Positions 41,287 to 50,662 of a stretch of 64,000 nucleotides of DNA are shown piece by piece. The DNA is from an uncultured delta proteobacterium (GTDB taxonomy: Bacteria; Desulfobacterota; Binatia; UBA9968). The notes under the pieces are model-generated. The model searched no databases. It was not told the origin of the DNA and saw nothing but the letters and a program-made list of their open reading frames with translations. The stretch lies in assembly GCA_963745035.1 (NCBI GenBank), contig CAVUVW010000013.1:128001-192000 (forward strand), read 5' to 3'. Each line of letters opens with the position of its first letter. The first letter of the stretch is position 1. Made by a program: the position numbers and the translations under genes.

Positions 41287-42285
41287 CTATCGCACGCCTA
41301 ACGCGTCGTTGTGCAGTTTAGTTATTTCCCGCAAATTTTTGTAGTTATCCGGAGTCACCACCCTTCGGCGAAAGCCTTCGAAGAGTTTCGGCGGATCGGG
41401 CTTTACGTCTTTGCGCGGGCCGATGCGGCGAAAGGTTTTCAAAAATTCCTGACCATCTTTCGAAACCAAATAGTCGATGAATAGTTTCGACGAGTTGGGA
41501 TGAGCCGCCTTTGCCGACATCATCGCCACGTTAAGCTCCACCGCGACCGGTTCCAGTGGAATCCAATCCACCGGGGCACCCGTCTGCTTCATGCGCTCGA
41601 TCACCTGGGCATAGACAAAAGTCATGGAGCGTTCGCCGACACTGACGAAATTGGCGCGATTGGTGTTGCCGCGCAAAAATACCGGCTCCTGCTTGGCCAA
41701 ACCTCTAAAATAAGCGAGTGCCTTTTCCTGGCCCCATTCCTGGGTCAACGCGACGAAGACGTCGTGGTTCTCGATGTCGATGATAAACTTTTGCTTGTAC
41801 TGCGGCTTGAGCAGATCGTCATAGGTTTTCGGCAGATCGTTGCGCGAAACGACTTTGCTGTTGTAGCCGAGGACCAGAGTATTCAAGTAAACCGTTGTCC
41901 AGTAGCCTTTGGGATCGTAAAGATCGTCGTAGAGTTGCGCCGCTTCCGTCGATACGTAGGGCGCGATCAAATTTTTCTCGCGCATGGGCGTCAACGAAGG
42001 TGAAATGCCCAGGGCCACATCGAATTTGCTGGCGCCCGCCTGCGCTTCGGTAAGAATTCGACTCACCATCGCCGTGCCGCCAAGGCGAACAAGATCGGCT
42101 CTGATAAAGGGATATTTTTTGTTGAACGCATCCAGCAGCGGTTTGCTGTTCTGGATGTCCATGGTCGTGTAGAAGACCAGCGCGCCTTCCTTTTTAGCGC
42201 CTTCAATCATCGAAGGTTCGGCGGCGGCCGCAGGGGTCGAGTAGAACAGAAATAAACAAACGGTAAGTAACCACAAAATTTTCAT
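41287..42285 (-). CDS. ABC transporter substrate-binding protein (SBP_bac_6 / Fe3+-thiamine-type fold)
   Basis: Signal peptide; GAKKEGALVFYT, LGYN, LPKTYDDLL, AHPNSSKLFIDYLVSKDGQ. Confidence 0.85.
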   Translation of the reverse strand: MKILWLLTVCLFLFYSTPAAAAEPSMIEGAKKEGALVFYTTMDIQNSKPLLDAFNKKYPFIRADLVRLGGTAMVSRILTEAQAGASKFDVALGISPSLTPMREKNLIAPYVSTEAAQLYDDLYDPKGYWTTVYLNTLVLGYNSKVVSRNDLPKTYDDLLKPQYKQKFIIDIENHDVFVALTQEWGQEKALAYFRGLAKQEPVFLRGNTNRANFVSVGERSMTFVYAQVIERMKQTGAPVDWIPLEPVAVELNVAMMSAKAAHPNSSKLFIDYLVSKDGQEFLKTFRRIGPRKDVKPDPPKLFEGFRRRVVTPDNYKNLREITKLHNDALGVR

Positions 42286-42342
42286 AGGGTTCGTGTTCCT
42301 GAGACTTGAACCTGTTTAGACTGCGCGGAAGAGTTGGGCGCA

Positions 42343-43412
42343 TTACGGCGAATACAACTTGTCGCCGCGCTTGGTCATGAACAGGTCGAGCGGCAATTCC
42401 GCGCCTAGATCCTTTCTCCTTGGCCTTTTCGTACATTTTTCGCGCCGTGGCCGCGAACTGGATGCCCATGCCGGTGTTGTTTTTGAAAAACGTGACTTCC
42501 CGATCGTCCTTGCGGCTGCGGCAATTGCCGTTCACCAGATCGCCGAGCTCGTGCAGGTCTTCGGCTTTCACAAGACCGCGCTCGATGCGATCATGGAATT
42601 CGGCCTGTTTGTCGAGAAAGATCTGCGGCTTGTAGCCGACGACGATAAGGTTGGCCTTCATCACGGCTTCGTCATCCAATTCCTTGCGCGGGAGAAAGCC
42701 GTCGCCGCCGACGATGCTGTTCAGGTGCATGCCCGGCTGCACGAACTTACCCTGGATGACCGGATCAACCGTATTGGTCGCGGCGGTGACGATGTCGCTG
42801 TCGCGAATCGCCTCTTCCGCCGAATTGACCGGCAACCACCTCGATGCCGGTCTCCTCGCTCATTTGCTTGGCGAAGCGCTCGCGGTTCGCCTTTGTCGGA
42901 CTGTAGACTTTGACTTTGCTGAGCTGTCGAACGACAGCATGGGCGGTCAATTGCGTCTTGGCTTGTTCCCCGGAACCCAGGAGCGCCATGACTTTCGCGT
43001 CCTTGCGCGCGAGATACTTACTCGCCACCGCGCTGGTGGCGCCGACGCGCATGGTGGAAATAAAATGATCGTCCATCAGCGCGAGGATCTCGCAGGTGTC
43101 CATGTCGAAGAGCATGACAAGGCCGATGAAATCACCGGGGTAGACGCGCCGCTTGCTGCCGTCGACCTCGATCTGCTTGGAAAAGCTCGAATCGATGCGC
43201 AGCGCCATGGACTTGACGCCCGGCACAAGTCCCATGATGTTGTTGAAATAGTATTGCCCGCCTTCTTCCTTCCAGGGCGTTCGCAGACGCGCGCGCGGCG
43301 CGTTCATCGCCTTGCCCTGGCCGAGCTCGCGGAACGCCGACTCGATGGCGTCGATCTCTTCGGCCATCGGCAACAAGTTTTCCATCTGATCGTTTTTCAG
43401 AACCAAAACCAT
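42343..43412 (-). CDS. Ornithine cyclodeaminase / mu-crystallin family protein 2; indels near 42410 and 42835
   Basis: STMRVGATSAVASKYLAR, LGSGEQA, DIVTAAT, PGMHLNSI, GMGIQFAA. Confidence 0.87.
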
Positions 43413-43574
43413 GGTGTCTTCTCCGTTCCTAACGACTGGCCTACAACAGAGCCGGCCGACGGGTCAAGGCGAGCGCCCCAATGAAGAGGTTTTGTGTGGG
43501 TGATGAGCTTTATCGAATTCTGTGCCGTTTCGAATGAAAGTGAACTAGGAGCATGACGGTCTGTTTGTCCAAAT

Positions 43575-43608
43575 AAAAAAGGGCTGAGGATGTCCTCAGC
43601 CCTTTTTT
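43575..43608. terminator. Intrinsic (potentially bidirectional) terminator downstream of the ferredoxin
   Basis: AAAAAA-GGGCTGAGGA-TG-TCCTCAGCCC-TTTTTT. Confidence 0.85.
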
Positions 43609-43629
43609 GGCCTGCGATGCGGTCTGCGA

Positions 43630-43902
43630 TTAGCCTTTCTTTTTCTTGAACCAGTCGGCGTCGATCTGAATGAACTGTTTCCACTTGTCCGGAGTAGCCG
43701 CCTCCTCAAAGATCGCTTCGACGGGGCAGACCGGCTCGCAAGCCCCACAGTCGATGCACTCCTCAGGATCGATGTAGAGCTTTTTTTCTTTTTCGAATTC
43801 TTCGGTCTCGTTTTTGGTCGGGTGGATGCAATCGACCGGACAGACGTCAACGCACGCGGTATCCTTCACGTCAATGCAGGGTTCAGCAATGATGTAAGTC
43901 AT
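43630..43902 (-). CDS. 7Fe/8Fe ferredoxin (FdxA type)
   Basis: MTYIIAEPCIDVKDTACVDVCPVDCIH...CIDCGACEPVCPVEAIF; GAGGAGG RBS. Confidence 0.95.
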   Translation of the reverse strand: MTYIIAEPCIDVKDTACVDVCPVDCIHPTKNETEEFEKEKKLYIDPEECIDCGACEPVCPVEAIFEEAATPDKWKQFIQIDADWFKKKKG

Positions 43903-44037
43903 CTTAATCCTCCTCAGGAACCGGACTTCAAATCTAGTAGCAAATCGACTTCGGCAAGTCAATTAAACGGCGGTGCGGCAATCGGAATTTCGTGTCGCGC
44001 ATTCGAAAGTGCGCGGCTGAAACGATATGATCCAGCC

Positions 44038-44487
44038 ATGTCCGTGGAAGTCGCGCGCCGGGGCGCCGGCAAGAGGGTTCCGACTCGACCGCTCAAGAAA
44101 ATTGCTCAGGCAATACTTGACTCGGTGGGACGGAAAGATGCCGAGTTGAGCCTGGCGCTGGTCGGCAATGCCGAGATGCGCCGGCTCAATGCTGCGTATC
44201 GCGAAAAGGACTATCCCACCGATGTATTGTCGTTTCCGATCGACGGCGCCCCGTCGGCGGCCGGCCGGCTGCTCGGGGATGTCGTTATTTCGGTCGACAA
44301 GGCGCGGGAGCAGGCAACGCAGCGCGGCCGCACCGAACACGAGGAAATCGTCACTTTGCTCATCCACGGCATCGTTCATTTGCTGGGCTATGACCACGAG
44401 CGCTCGGCCAAGGACGCGCGGGCGATGAAACGGTTAGAGAATAAAATCCGCCGCGCGCTTTGTGAGCGGGAGTTATTACAGGTATAA
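44038..44487 (+). CDS. ybeY: rRNA maturation endoribonuclease YbeY
   Basis: LNAAYREKDYPTDVLSF, LGDVVIS, HGIVHLLGYDH. Confidence 0.95.
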   Translation: MSVEVARRGAGKRVPTRPLKKIAQAILDSVGRKDAELSLALVGNAEMRRLNAAYREKDYPTDVLSFPIDGAPSAAGRLLGDVVISVDKAREQATQRGRTEHEEIVTLLIHGIVHLLGYDHERSAKDARAMKRLENKIRRALCERELLQV

Positions 44488-44554
44488 TTCCGAGCGGCCA
44501 TAGCGCCGATTCTGATTTCCCAAGGTTCGCGCAGCGGCGCGAGAAAGAGCATCG

Positions 44555-45659
44555 ATGTTGGAAGAAACCACGGAGCAACTTATCCATCTCGAAGAGCGGC
44601 TCGAGCTTTTGCGGAGGCGTCTTTGACGTTGACGGCAAGCAGAAGCGCATCGCGGAGCTGAGCCAACTCACCAGCCAGCCAGATTTTTGGAATGACGCCG
44701 AAAAGGCCCAGGGCATTCTGAGGGAGCAGTCCTCCCTCAAAAGCGTGATCGACGCCTGGGCGAAACATCAGGGCGATCTCGAAGAGGCGCGCTTTTTTCT
44801 CGATGTCCACAAGGAGGAAAAGAGCGAGGATGCGCTTAACGAGGCGGCGGCGAAAGTCGCCACGGTTGGCAACGAGATGGCGCAGACCGAGCTGACCCAA
44901 CTGCTCGGCGGGCCGGACGACCGGCGCAATGCCATTGTCACCCTCCATCCGGGCGCCGGCGGCACAGAGGCGCAGGACTGGGCGGAGATTCTTCTGCGCA
45001 TGTATCTTCGCTGGTGCGACCGGCGCGGCTACAAGAAAGAAATTCTCGATTATCAGCCGGGTGAAGAAGCCGGCGCGAAAAGCGTGACCTTCAATGTGGC
45101 GGGCGACTATGCCTACGGCTATCTCAAAGCCGAAGCGGGCATTCATCGGCTGGTGCGCATCTCTCCTTTCGACGCCAACTCACGGCGCCATACTTCGTTC
45201 GCATCGGTGTTCGTTTACCCGGAAGTGGACGACGACATCAAAGTCGAAATCAACGAAGCCGACCTGCGGGTCGATACCTATCGCTCCAGCGGCGCGGGCG
45301 GGCAGCATGTCAATAAAACAGATTCTGCGGTGCGGCTTACCCATCTTCCCACCAACATCGTTGTCGCCTGTCAAAACGAGCGTTCGCAGCATAAAAACCG
45401 CGCCATGGCGATGAAGATTTTGAAATCGCGCCTCTACGAGCTCGAGATCAAAAAGCAAAAAGAAAAAATGGAGAGCTACCACAAAACCAAGAAGGACATC
45501 GGTTTTGGCAGCCAGATCCGTTCCTACGTCCTCGCTCCCTACCGCATGGTCAAAGACCATCGCACCGATGTCGAGGTCGGCAATGCCGACGCGGTGCTCG
45601 ACGGCGACATCGATCAATTCATCGAAGCGTATCTGATGCAGGCCGACGAGCCCGCCTAA
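44555..45659 (+). CDS. prfB: Peptide chain release factor 2 with programmed +1 frameshift
   Basis: ATG 44555, 23 codons to CTT TGA C at 44621-44627, continuing in the +1 frame; SPF and GGQ motifs. Confidence 0.97.
44613..44627 (+). promoter_or_regulatory. prfB autoregulatory +1 frameshift cassette
   Basis: GGAGG-CGT-CTT-TGA-C: internal SD 3 nt before the slippery CTT TGA. Confidence 0.95.
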
Positions 45660-45669
45660 TCGGCGGGAT

Positions 45670-46479
45670 TTAGCTCGCTCTGGCCTTGGACCGAGTCAGT
45701 TCCAGCAGCTCAGCCATCGGCATTTCCGAAGCCAAAATACAAATCACTTCACCTTCGCGGTGCAGCACCGCGTTGACCGGCCCGCGCGAGAAAGCGTAGA
45801 GGTTCATCTTTTTGGCCGGTTCAAAGAATTTAGCGGAGTTGGGTGGCGCATCGGCGTCCGACCCGACAAACGTGTAGCATAAAAGCGTACCGCCTTGGCC
45901 TTGGTAGATGACGACGAGGACTTTGCGGCCTTGAATTTCCCGCACCGTGCCGGCCACAGGCTGCAAATGCAGAGCGCGTAAGATCATAGCCCATCGGATG
46001 GAAGTGGCCGCTGACCTCGCGAACCAACCGTTCGACAATTTCATCCGGCTTTTCCGTGCCGGGCGCGGCAAGGTCATCCTTGGCAAGGATGATCATAGGC
46101 TTCCACCGCGGCAGCGGCGATAGGCTCGCTTTTTGGTTTGAGCAGGAGAAACGCCGGCAAGGCGAGAGCCAGTATGAGCGCGGCAGCAAGAGCCGGAGTG
46201 CGCAAAACCCGGCGTCAGCCAAGCGCGATCGCGCCGGCGAGGATGGGATTTCTCCGGGAAGACACGGTGGTCCGCGAGAATTCTATCCCGCAGCGCATGA
46301 GGCGCGCTCATGCGCTGCGCGCGCCCGCGAATCGCCTGTTTGAGAAACTGTTCTTGCTCCACGGCCAAGCGGCAGTCCGGACATTCCCGAAGATGAGATT
46401 CCAACGAAGTCCGCTCGGGATCGAGCAGCTCTCGATCGACCAGCGCCGTGATCAGGTCTTGCGCCTCGTCACAAGTCAT
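45670..46479 (-). CDS. Zinc-binding anti-sigma factor (ZAS/zf-HC2) with TM and periplasmic domain; several indels
   Basis: MTCDEAQDLITALVDREL...HLRECPDC (HxxxCxxC); downstream pieces LQPVAGTVREIQGRK...AVLHREGEVICILASE. Confidence 0.8.
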
Positions 46480-47051
46480 TTTTTGGTCGCGCTCCTCGCC
46501 TCACTGCCGACGTAGATTTCAAGGTATTGCCGCATCAGTTTTCTGCCTCGCGAAAGCCGCGAGCGAACGGTGCCGATCGGACACGAGAGTATTGCCGCAA
46601 CTTCTTCGTAGGAGAAATCACCCATGTCGACCAAAATGATGGGCGCGCGAAACTCTTCGGGAATTTTTTGCAGCACAGTCGTGATTTGATCATCGAGTTC
46701 TTTCCGCAGCACGTTGCTCTCCGGCCCTGGGCGCAAATCCTGCAGGGGCTCCCGAAATTCGACCTCGCCCTCCGCCCCTTCCTCTGCCGAGGTCCAGCGT
46801 TTTCTTTGGCGATAATGATCAAAAAAGAAATTGTGCAGGATCTTGGTCAACCACGCTTTCAAATTGGTTCCGGGGTCGAACTGCTCGTGCGCCGCGAGAG
46901 CGCGAACAAACGTTTCTTGGACCAAATCCTCGGCGTCGGCTGGATCTCTCGCCAGATGAAATGCCACCCGGTACAAATGGTCGAGGTGAGTCATGGCCTC
47001 GTTTGCGACAGCATCGCGCCCGCCGCCTGCGGCTTTTCGCTCCCTGATCAC
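46476..47051 (-). CDS. ECF sigma factor (SigR/SigH-like)
   Basis: HLDHLYRVA..DAEDLVQETF, GTNLKAWL, FSYEEVAAILSCPIGTVRSRLSRGR; overlaps the anti-sigma start. Confidence 0.93.
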   Translation of the reverse strand: MIRERKAAGGGRDAVANEAMTHLDHLYRVAFHLARDPADAEDLVQETFVRALAAHEQFDPGTNLKAWLTKILHNFFFDHYRQRKRWTSAEEGAEGEVEFREPLQDLRPGPESNVLRKELDDQITTVLQKIPEEFRAPIILVDMGDFSYEEVAAILSCPIGTVRSRLSRGRKLMRQYLEIYVGSEARSATKK

Positions 47052-47094
47052 GGGCGGATATTAACGAATTGTGCCGTTTCTGTCTAAGTAGCAT

Positions 47095-47120
47095 AACGTT
47101 TTGCCGCATCTGCAAGTTCC
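47095..47120 (-). promoter_or_regulatory. ECF promoter 1 (upstream of the sigma gene)
   Basis: Minus strand GGAAC-TTGCAGATGCGGCAAAA(17)-CGTT. Confidence 0.7.
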
Positions 47121-47163
47121 CGCCACCCCGCGGCGCAGTCAACGCAAGGCCTCACCGTCTCCC

Positions 47164-47189
47164 GGAACTTTTTACCATCCCGCGTCGTT
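47164..47189 (+). promoter_or_regulatory. ECF promoter 2 (upstream of the redoxin)
   Basis: GGAAC-TTTTTACCATCCCGCGT(17)-CGTT. Confidence 0.7.
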
Positions 47190-47233
47190 GGAAACTTAAA
47201 TGCTCTCAGGAGCATCCAAAGGACCATCCTGCC

Positions 47234-47755
47234 ATGAATACGATGAAAAAAATGCTCAGCGCGCTGGTGATCGTGACGTCAATGGGTGTCGCTCTTGCCG
47301 GGGCAGAAGTGGGCAAGCTCGCCCCGGAGATCAGCGGGCACAGCTGGCTCAACTCCAAGCCACTTAAGCTTGCGGAGTTGAAGGGTAAAGTTGTGCTAGT
47401 GGAGTTTTGGACCTTCGGTTGTTCTAACTGCCGCAACGTCGAGCCTTACGTCAAAACGTGGCATCAGAAGTACGCGGATAAAGGGCTGGTGATTATCGCC
47501 GTGCATGCGCCGGAGTTCAGCTACGAGCGGGTGCTCGCCAACGTGCAGCGCTATATTCGTGACCACGCCATTTCGTACCCCGTCGCTATCGACAACGATT
47601 TCACTACGTGGAAGCGCTACAACAACCGCTACTGGCCGGCCATGTATCTTATCGACAAGCGCGGAGTGATCCGCTATCTGCGCGTCGGTGAAGGCGGCTA
47701 TCGGCAGACCGAGCAGCAGATTGTCGAGTTGCTGGAAGAATCCTCGGGCGCGTAA
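47234..47755 (+). CDS. Exported thioredoxin-like redoxin (DipZ thioredoxin-domain-like)
   Basis: Signal peptide; WLNSKPL, LVEFWTFGCSNC, VHAPEF, NRYWPAMYLIDK, GEGGY. Confidence 0.9.
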   Translation: MNTMKKMLSALVIVTSMGVALAGAEVGKLAPEISGHSWLNSKPLKLAELKGKVVLVEFWTFGCSNCRNVEPYVKTWHQKYADKGLVIIAVHAPEFSYERVLANVQRYIRDHAISYPVAIDNDFTTWKRYNNRYWPAMYLIDKRGVIRYLRVGEGGYRQTEQQIVELLEESSGA

Positions 47756-47782
47756 GAGAACTCGTCTCGGCGCCGACTTCCG

Positions 47783-47807
47783 GGAACTTTTGGGCCCCAA
47801 ACGCGTT
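47783..47807 (+). promoter_or_regulatory. ECF promoter 3 (upstream of the Met-rich peptide)
   Basis: GGAAC-TTTTGGGCCCCAAACG(16)-CGTT. Confidence 0.65.
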
Positions 47808-47868
47808 GATAGCAGTAACGATTGCCGCAGATCACTTAAAATCCTCAAAAAGAAAATGGAGAATCGCC

Positions 47869-48120
47869 ATGAAAAACAAAACTTATCTGTGGATTCCCGC
47901 GTTGCTTGTCGGAAGCGCGCTCGTCATGCCGCCGGCCATGCCTGCCGCGGAAAAGGACATGATGAAAGACGAGAAAGGCATGATGGAAAAGGGGATGAAG
48001 GACGACAAGGGCATGATGAAAGAAGGCAAGGACGCGACGAAAGAGAAAATGAAAGGAGAGAAGTCGGGAAAGATGGGAATGTCGGACGACGACAAGATGA
48101 AAATGGACCAGAAGAAATAA
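47869..48120 (+). CDS. Exported Met/Lys/Asp-rich peptide (MXKDX-repeat / MrpX-like)
   Basis: Signal peptide, then ~57 residues with 12 Met (KDMMKDEKGMMEKGMKDDKGMMKE...); GGAG RBS. Confidence 0.8.
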   Translation: MKNKTYLWIPALLVGSALVMPPAMPAAEKDMMKDEKGMMEKGMKDDKGMMKEGKDATKEKMKGEKSGKMGMSDDDKMKMDQKK

Positions 48121-48260
48121 GCCTTCGGCCAGCGGGCGAGCCGAACCTCTTTCTGCCCGGCGACGCGCGCACGCGCGCGGGCGTCGATCCGCGGGTTGCA
48201 CGAACCCATTGAAGATGATTTTCTTTCCGGGCAGGTTGCGACCGCGCCCGGGAGGTTCCT

Positions 48261-49469
48261 ATGGACGAGGATCGAATCATCGGCGTCACAGGAAAAAGCG
48301 ATGATGGGAGCGCAACAAGTCGGGAAACGGCCGTGCTGCAACGTTACGCCAACGCTGCCGCGGAAGTCGAAGCTTGTCTCTGCTTGCCGATGAGCTACGA
48401 CCAGGCGCTTCTCAAAGTCATTCCCAAAGAGATCATCGAAAAAGATTACGGCTGCGGCGATCCCTCGCGCTACGTGCGTGCGGGCGAAACTGTACTCGAT
48501 CTCGGATCGGGCAGCGGCAAGGCGTGCTACATCATCGCGCAGATCGCCGGCGCTCAGGGCAAAGTGATCGGCGTCGACTTCAATCCGCCGATGCTCGATT
48601 TGGCGCGCAAGTATCAAAAGTCCATCGGCGATCAGCTCGGCTATCACAACGTCGAATTTCGCCGCGGCAAGATTCAAGATCTCAAAACCAATCTGGAACT
48701 AGCTCGATCACTATTTACAGCAAAATCCGGTGCGGTCAGTCGGCGATTTGGCGCCGTTTCGAAGAATTCGAAAACCGCATCCGGCGCGAGCAGCCTCTTG
48801 ATCCCCGACGAATCCATCGATGTGATCGTTTCCAACTGCGTGCTCAATCTCGTTCGACCGGAAGACAAGAAACAGTTGTTTGCCGAGATGTACCGCGTGC
48901 TCAGGCGCGGCGGTCGCGTGGCGATCTCCGACATCGTCAGCGACGAGCCGGTGCCGGAGCATTTGGCGAAAGATCCAAATCTCTGGAGCGCCTGCGTGTC
49001 AGGCGCTTTCCAAGAGGAAGAATTTCTCCGCGCCTTCGAAGAAGCCAAGTTCCACGGTATCCGCATCGAGGAGTTGAGCACCGAACCTTATCGGATCGTC
49101 GAAGGCATCGAGTTTCGCGCGATCACGGTGACCGCCCACAAGGGTAAGGAAGGTCCGTGCATCGAGCGCAACCAGGCGGTCGTCTATCGCGGTCCGTGGA
49201 AGCAGGTTGTCGACGATGACGGCCACACGCTGGAGCGCGGCGCGCGCACGGCGGTTTGCGACAAGACGTTTACGCTCTATTCTCAGCCACCCTATGCCGG
49301 CCAGTTCATCCTCGTCCCGCCGCGCCAGGAAGTCGCCTTGGAAAGCGCCGGGGTGTTCGACTGCGCGCGCGATCACAGGCGCTCACCGCGCGAGACCAAG
49401 GGAGCGGAGTTTAAGGTCACGGCGTTATCGAGCAGTGTTTGCGGCCCGGGGTCGAGTTGCTGCGCGTAG
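48261..49469 (+). CDS. Arsenite methyltransferase-like SAM methyltransferase (long ArsM type); compensating indels near 48705-48795
   Basis: LCLP, DYGCGDP, VLDLGSGSG, VSNCVLNL, WSACVSGA, Cys-rich tail CGPGSSCC. Confidence 0.8.
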   Translation: MDEDRIIGVTGKSDDGSATSRETAVLQRYANAAAEVEACLCLPMSYDQALLKVIPKEIIEKDYGCGDPSRYVRAGETVLDLGSGSGKACYIIAQIAGAQGKVIGVDFNPPMLDLARKYQKSIGDQLGYHNVEFRRGKIQDLKTNLELARSLFTAKSGAVSRRFGAVSKNSKTASGASSLLIPDESIDVIVSNCVLNLVRPEDKKQLFAEMYRVLRRGGRVAISDIVSDEPVPEHLAKDPNLWSACVSGAFQEEEFLRAFEEAKFHGIRIEELSTEPYRIVEGIEFRAITVTAHKGKEGPCIERNQAVVYRGPWKQVVDDDGHTLERGARTAVCDKTFTLYSQPPYAGQFILVPPRQEVALESAGVFDCARDHRRSPRETKGAEFKVTALSSSVCGPGSSCCA

Positions 49470-49529
49470 AGCAAGTCAAGAATCGAAGGTCGAAGGTAGA
49501 GCATCGCGGATTCGAACGAGAAAGTTTCC

Positions 49530-50485
49530 GTGGAACCGTTTGCTGAAAAACTTCGTCGGGCGGGCGGCGATCTTACGCGGCGTGGAGTCGATGTGCTGCA
49601 GGTGAATCTCGGGCGCTACTGCAATCTCGCCTGCATTCACTGCCACGTCGAGTCGGGGCCGACGCGCAAGGAGATGATGAGCCGGGAGAACGTGGACGCA
49701 GTGCTGCGCTTTCTCGCGCGCAGCGGCATTCCGACTCTGGACATCACCGGCGGCGCGCCTGAGCTTCACCCTGATTTTGCGCGTTTGGTCTCGGCCGCGC
49801 GCAAGCTCGGACGCCACGTGATGGACCGCTGCAACTTGACGGTGATCTTTGAGCCGGCATGGAATATTTGCCGGAGTTTTTCAGAGAACACGATGTCGAA
49901 TTGGTTTGTTCGCTGCCGTGTTATTCCGAAGAGAACGTCGATAAACAGCGCGGCAAGGGCACTTTCGATGCGAGCATCCGCGCCCTGCAACTCCTCAACG
50001 AGCAGGGTTACGGCCATCCGGACACGGGGTTAACGCTCAATCTCGTTTATAACCCGGTCGGACCGCACCTGCCGCCGCCGCAAGAAAAGCTCGAGCAAGA
50101 TTACCGAAGAATACTTGCCGAGCAATTCGGCATCTTTTTCAACCGGCTTTTTTGCCTCAGCAATATGCCGATCACCCGCTACGCCACCCATCTCAAGCTG
50201 CGCGGCGAGTACGAGCGCTACCGAGAATTGTTGGCCGAAAATTTCAATGCCGCGACTTTGGATCAGGTGATGTGCCGCAACCTCATCAGCATCGGCTGGG
50301 ACGGCTCGGTTTATGACTGCGACTTCAACCAGATGCTCGATCTGCCGCTGGCGGACGGCGCCGGCAGACTCACCATCGGCGCGCTGGCGCTCGACCAACT
50401 CGCCGGCCGGCCGATCACCGTCGGCGACCATTGCTACGCCTGCACCGCCGGCGCCGGCAGCAGCTGCGGCGGCGCGCTGGTCTAG
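49530..50485 (+). CDS. arsS: ArsS-type radical SAM / Cys-rich protein; indel near 49858
   Basis: LQVNLGRYCNLACIHCHV, DITGGAPE, SLPCY, YDCDFNQML, HCYACTAGAGSSCGG. Confidence 0.88.
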
Positions 50486-50662
50486 CCGAGCGATCGAGGA
50501 TCTTAGGCGGGCCGGCGGTATTTGAGTGAGTTTCTATCTGGCGCAATGATGATCCGGGAACGCCGGAGATCGGCTCTGCTCTCGGTTGCCGCCGCTTCGT
50601 TGGATCCTCCCGGCATCGAGCCCTGTCCACGGCTAATCGAACATCCACGCCAGGCAAACTGC

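Noticed and set aside
50440-50485. Selenocysteine in ArsS or other genes of that cluster
   Set aside because: The SSCGG Cys is TGC, and the redoxin and ArsM Cys codons are also standard; no in-frame UGA.
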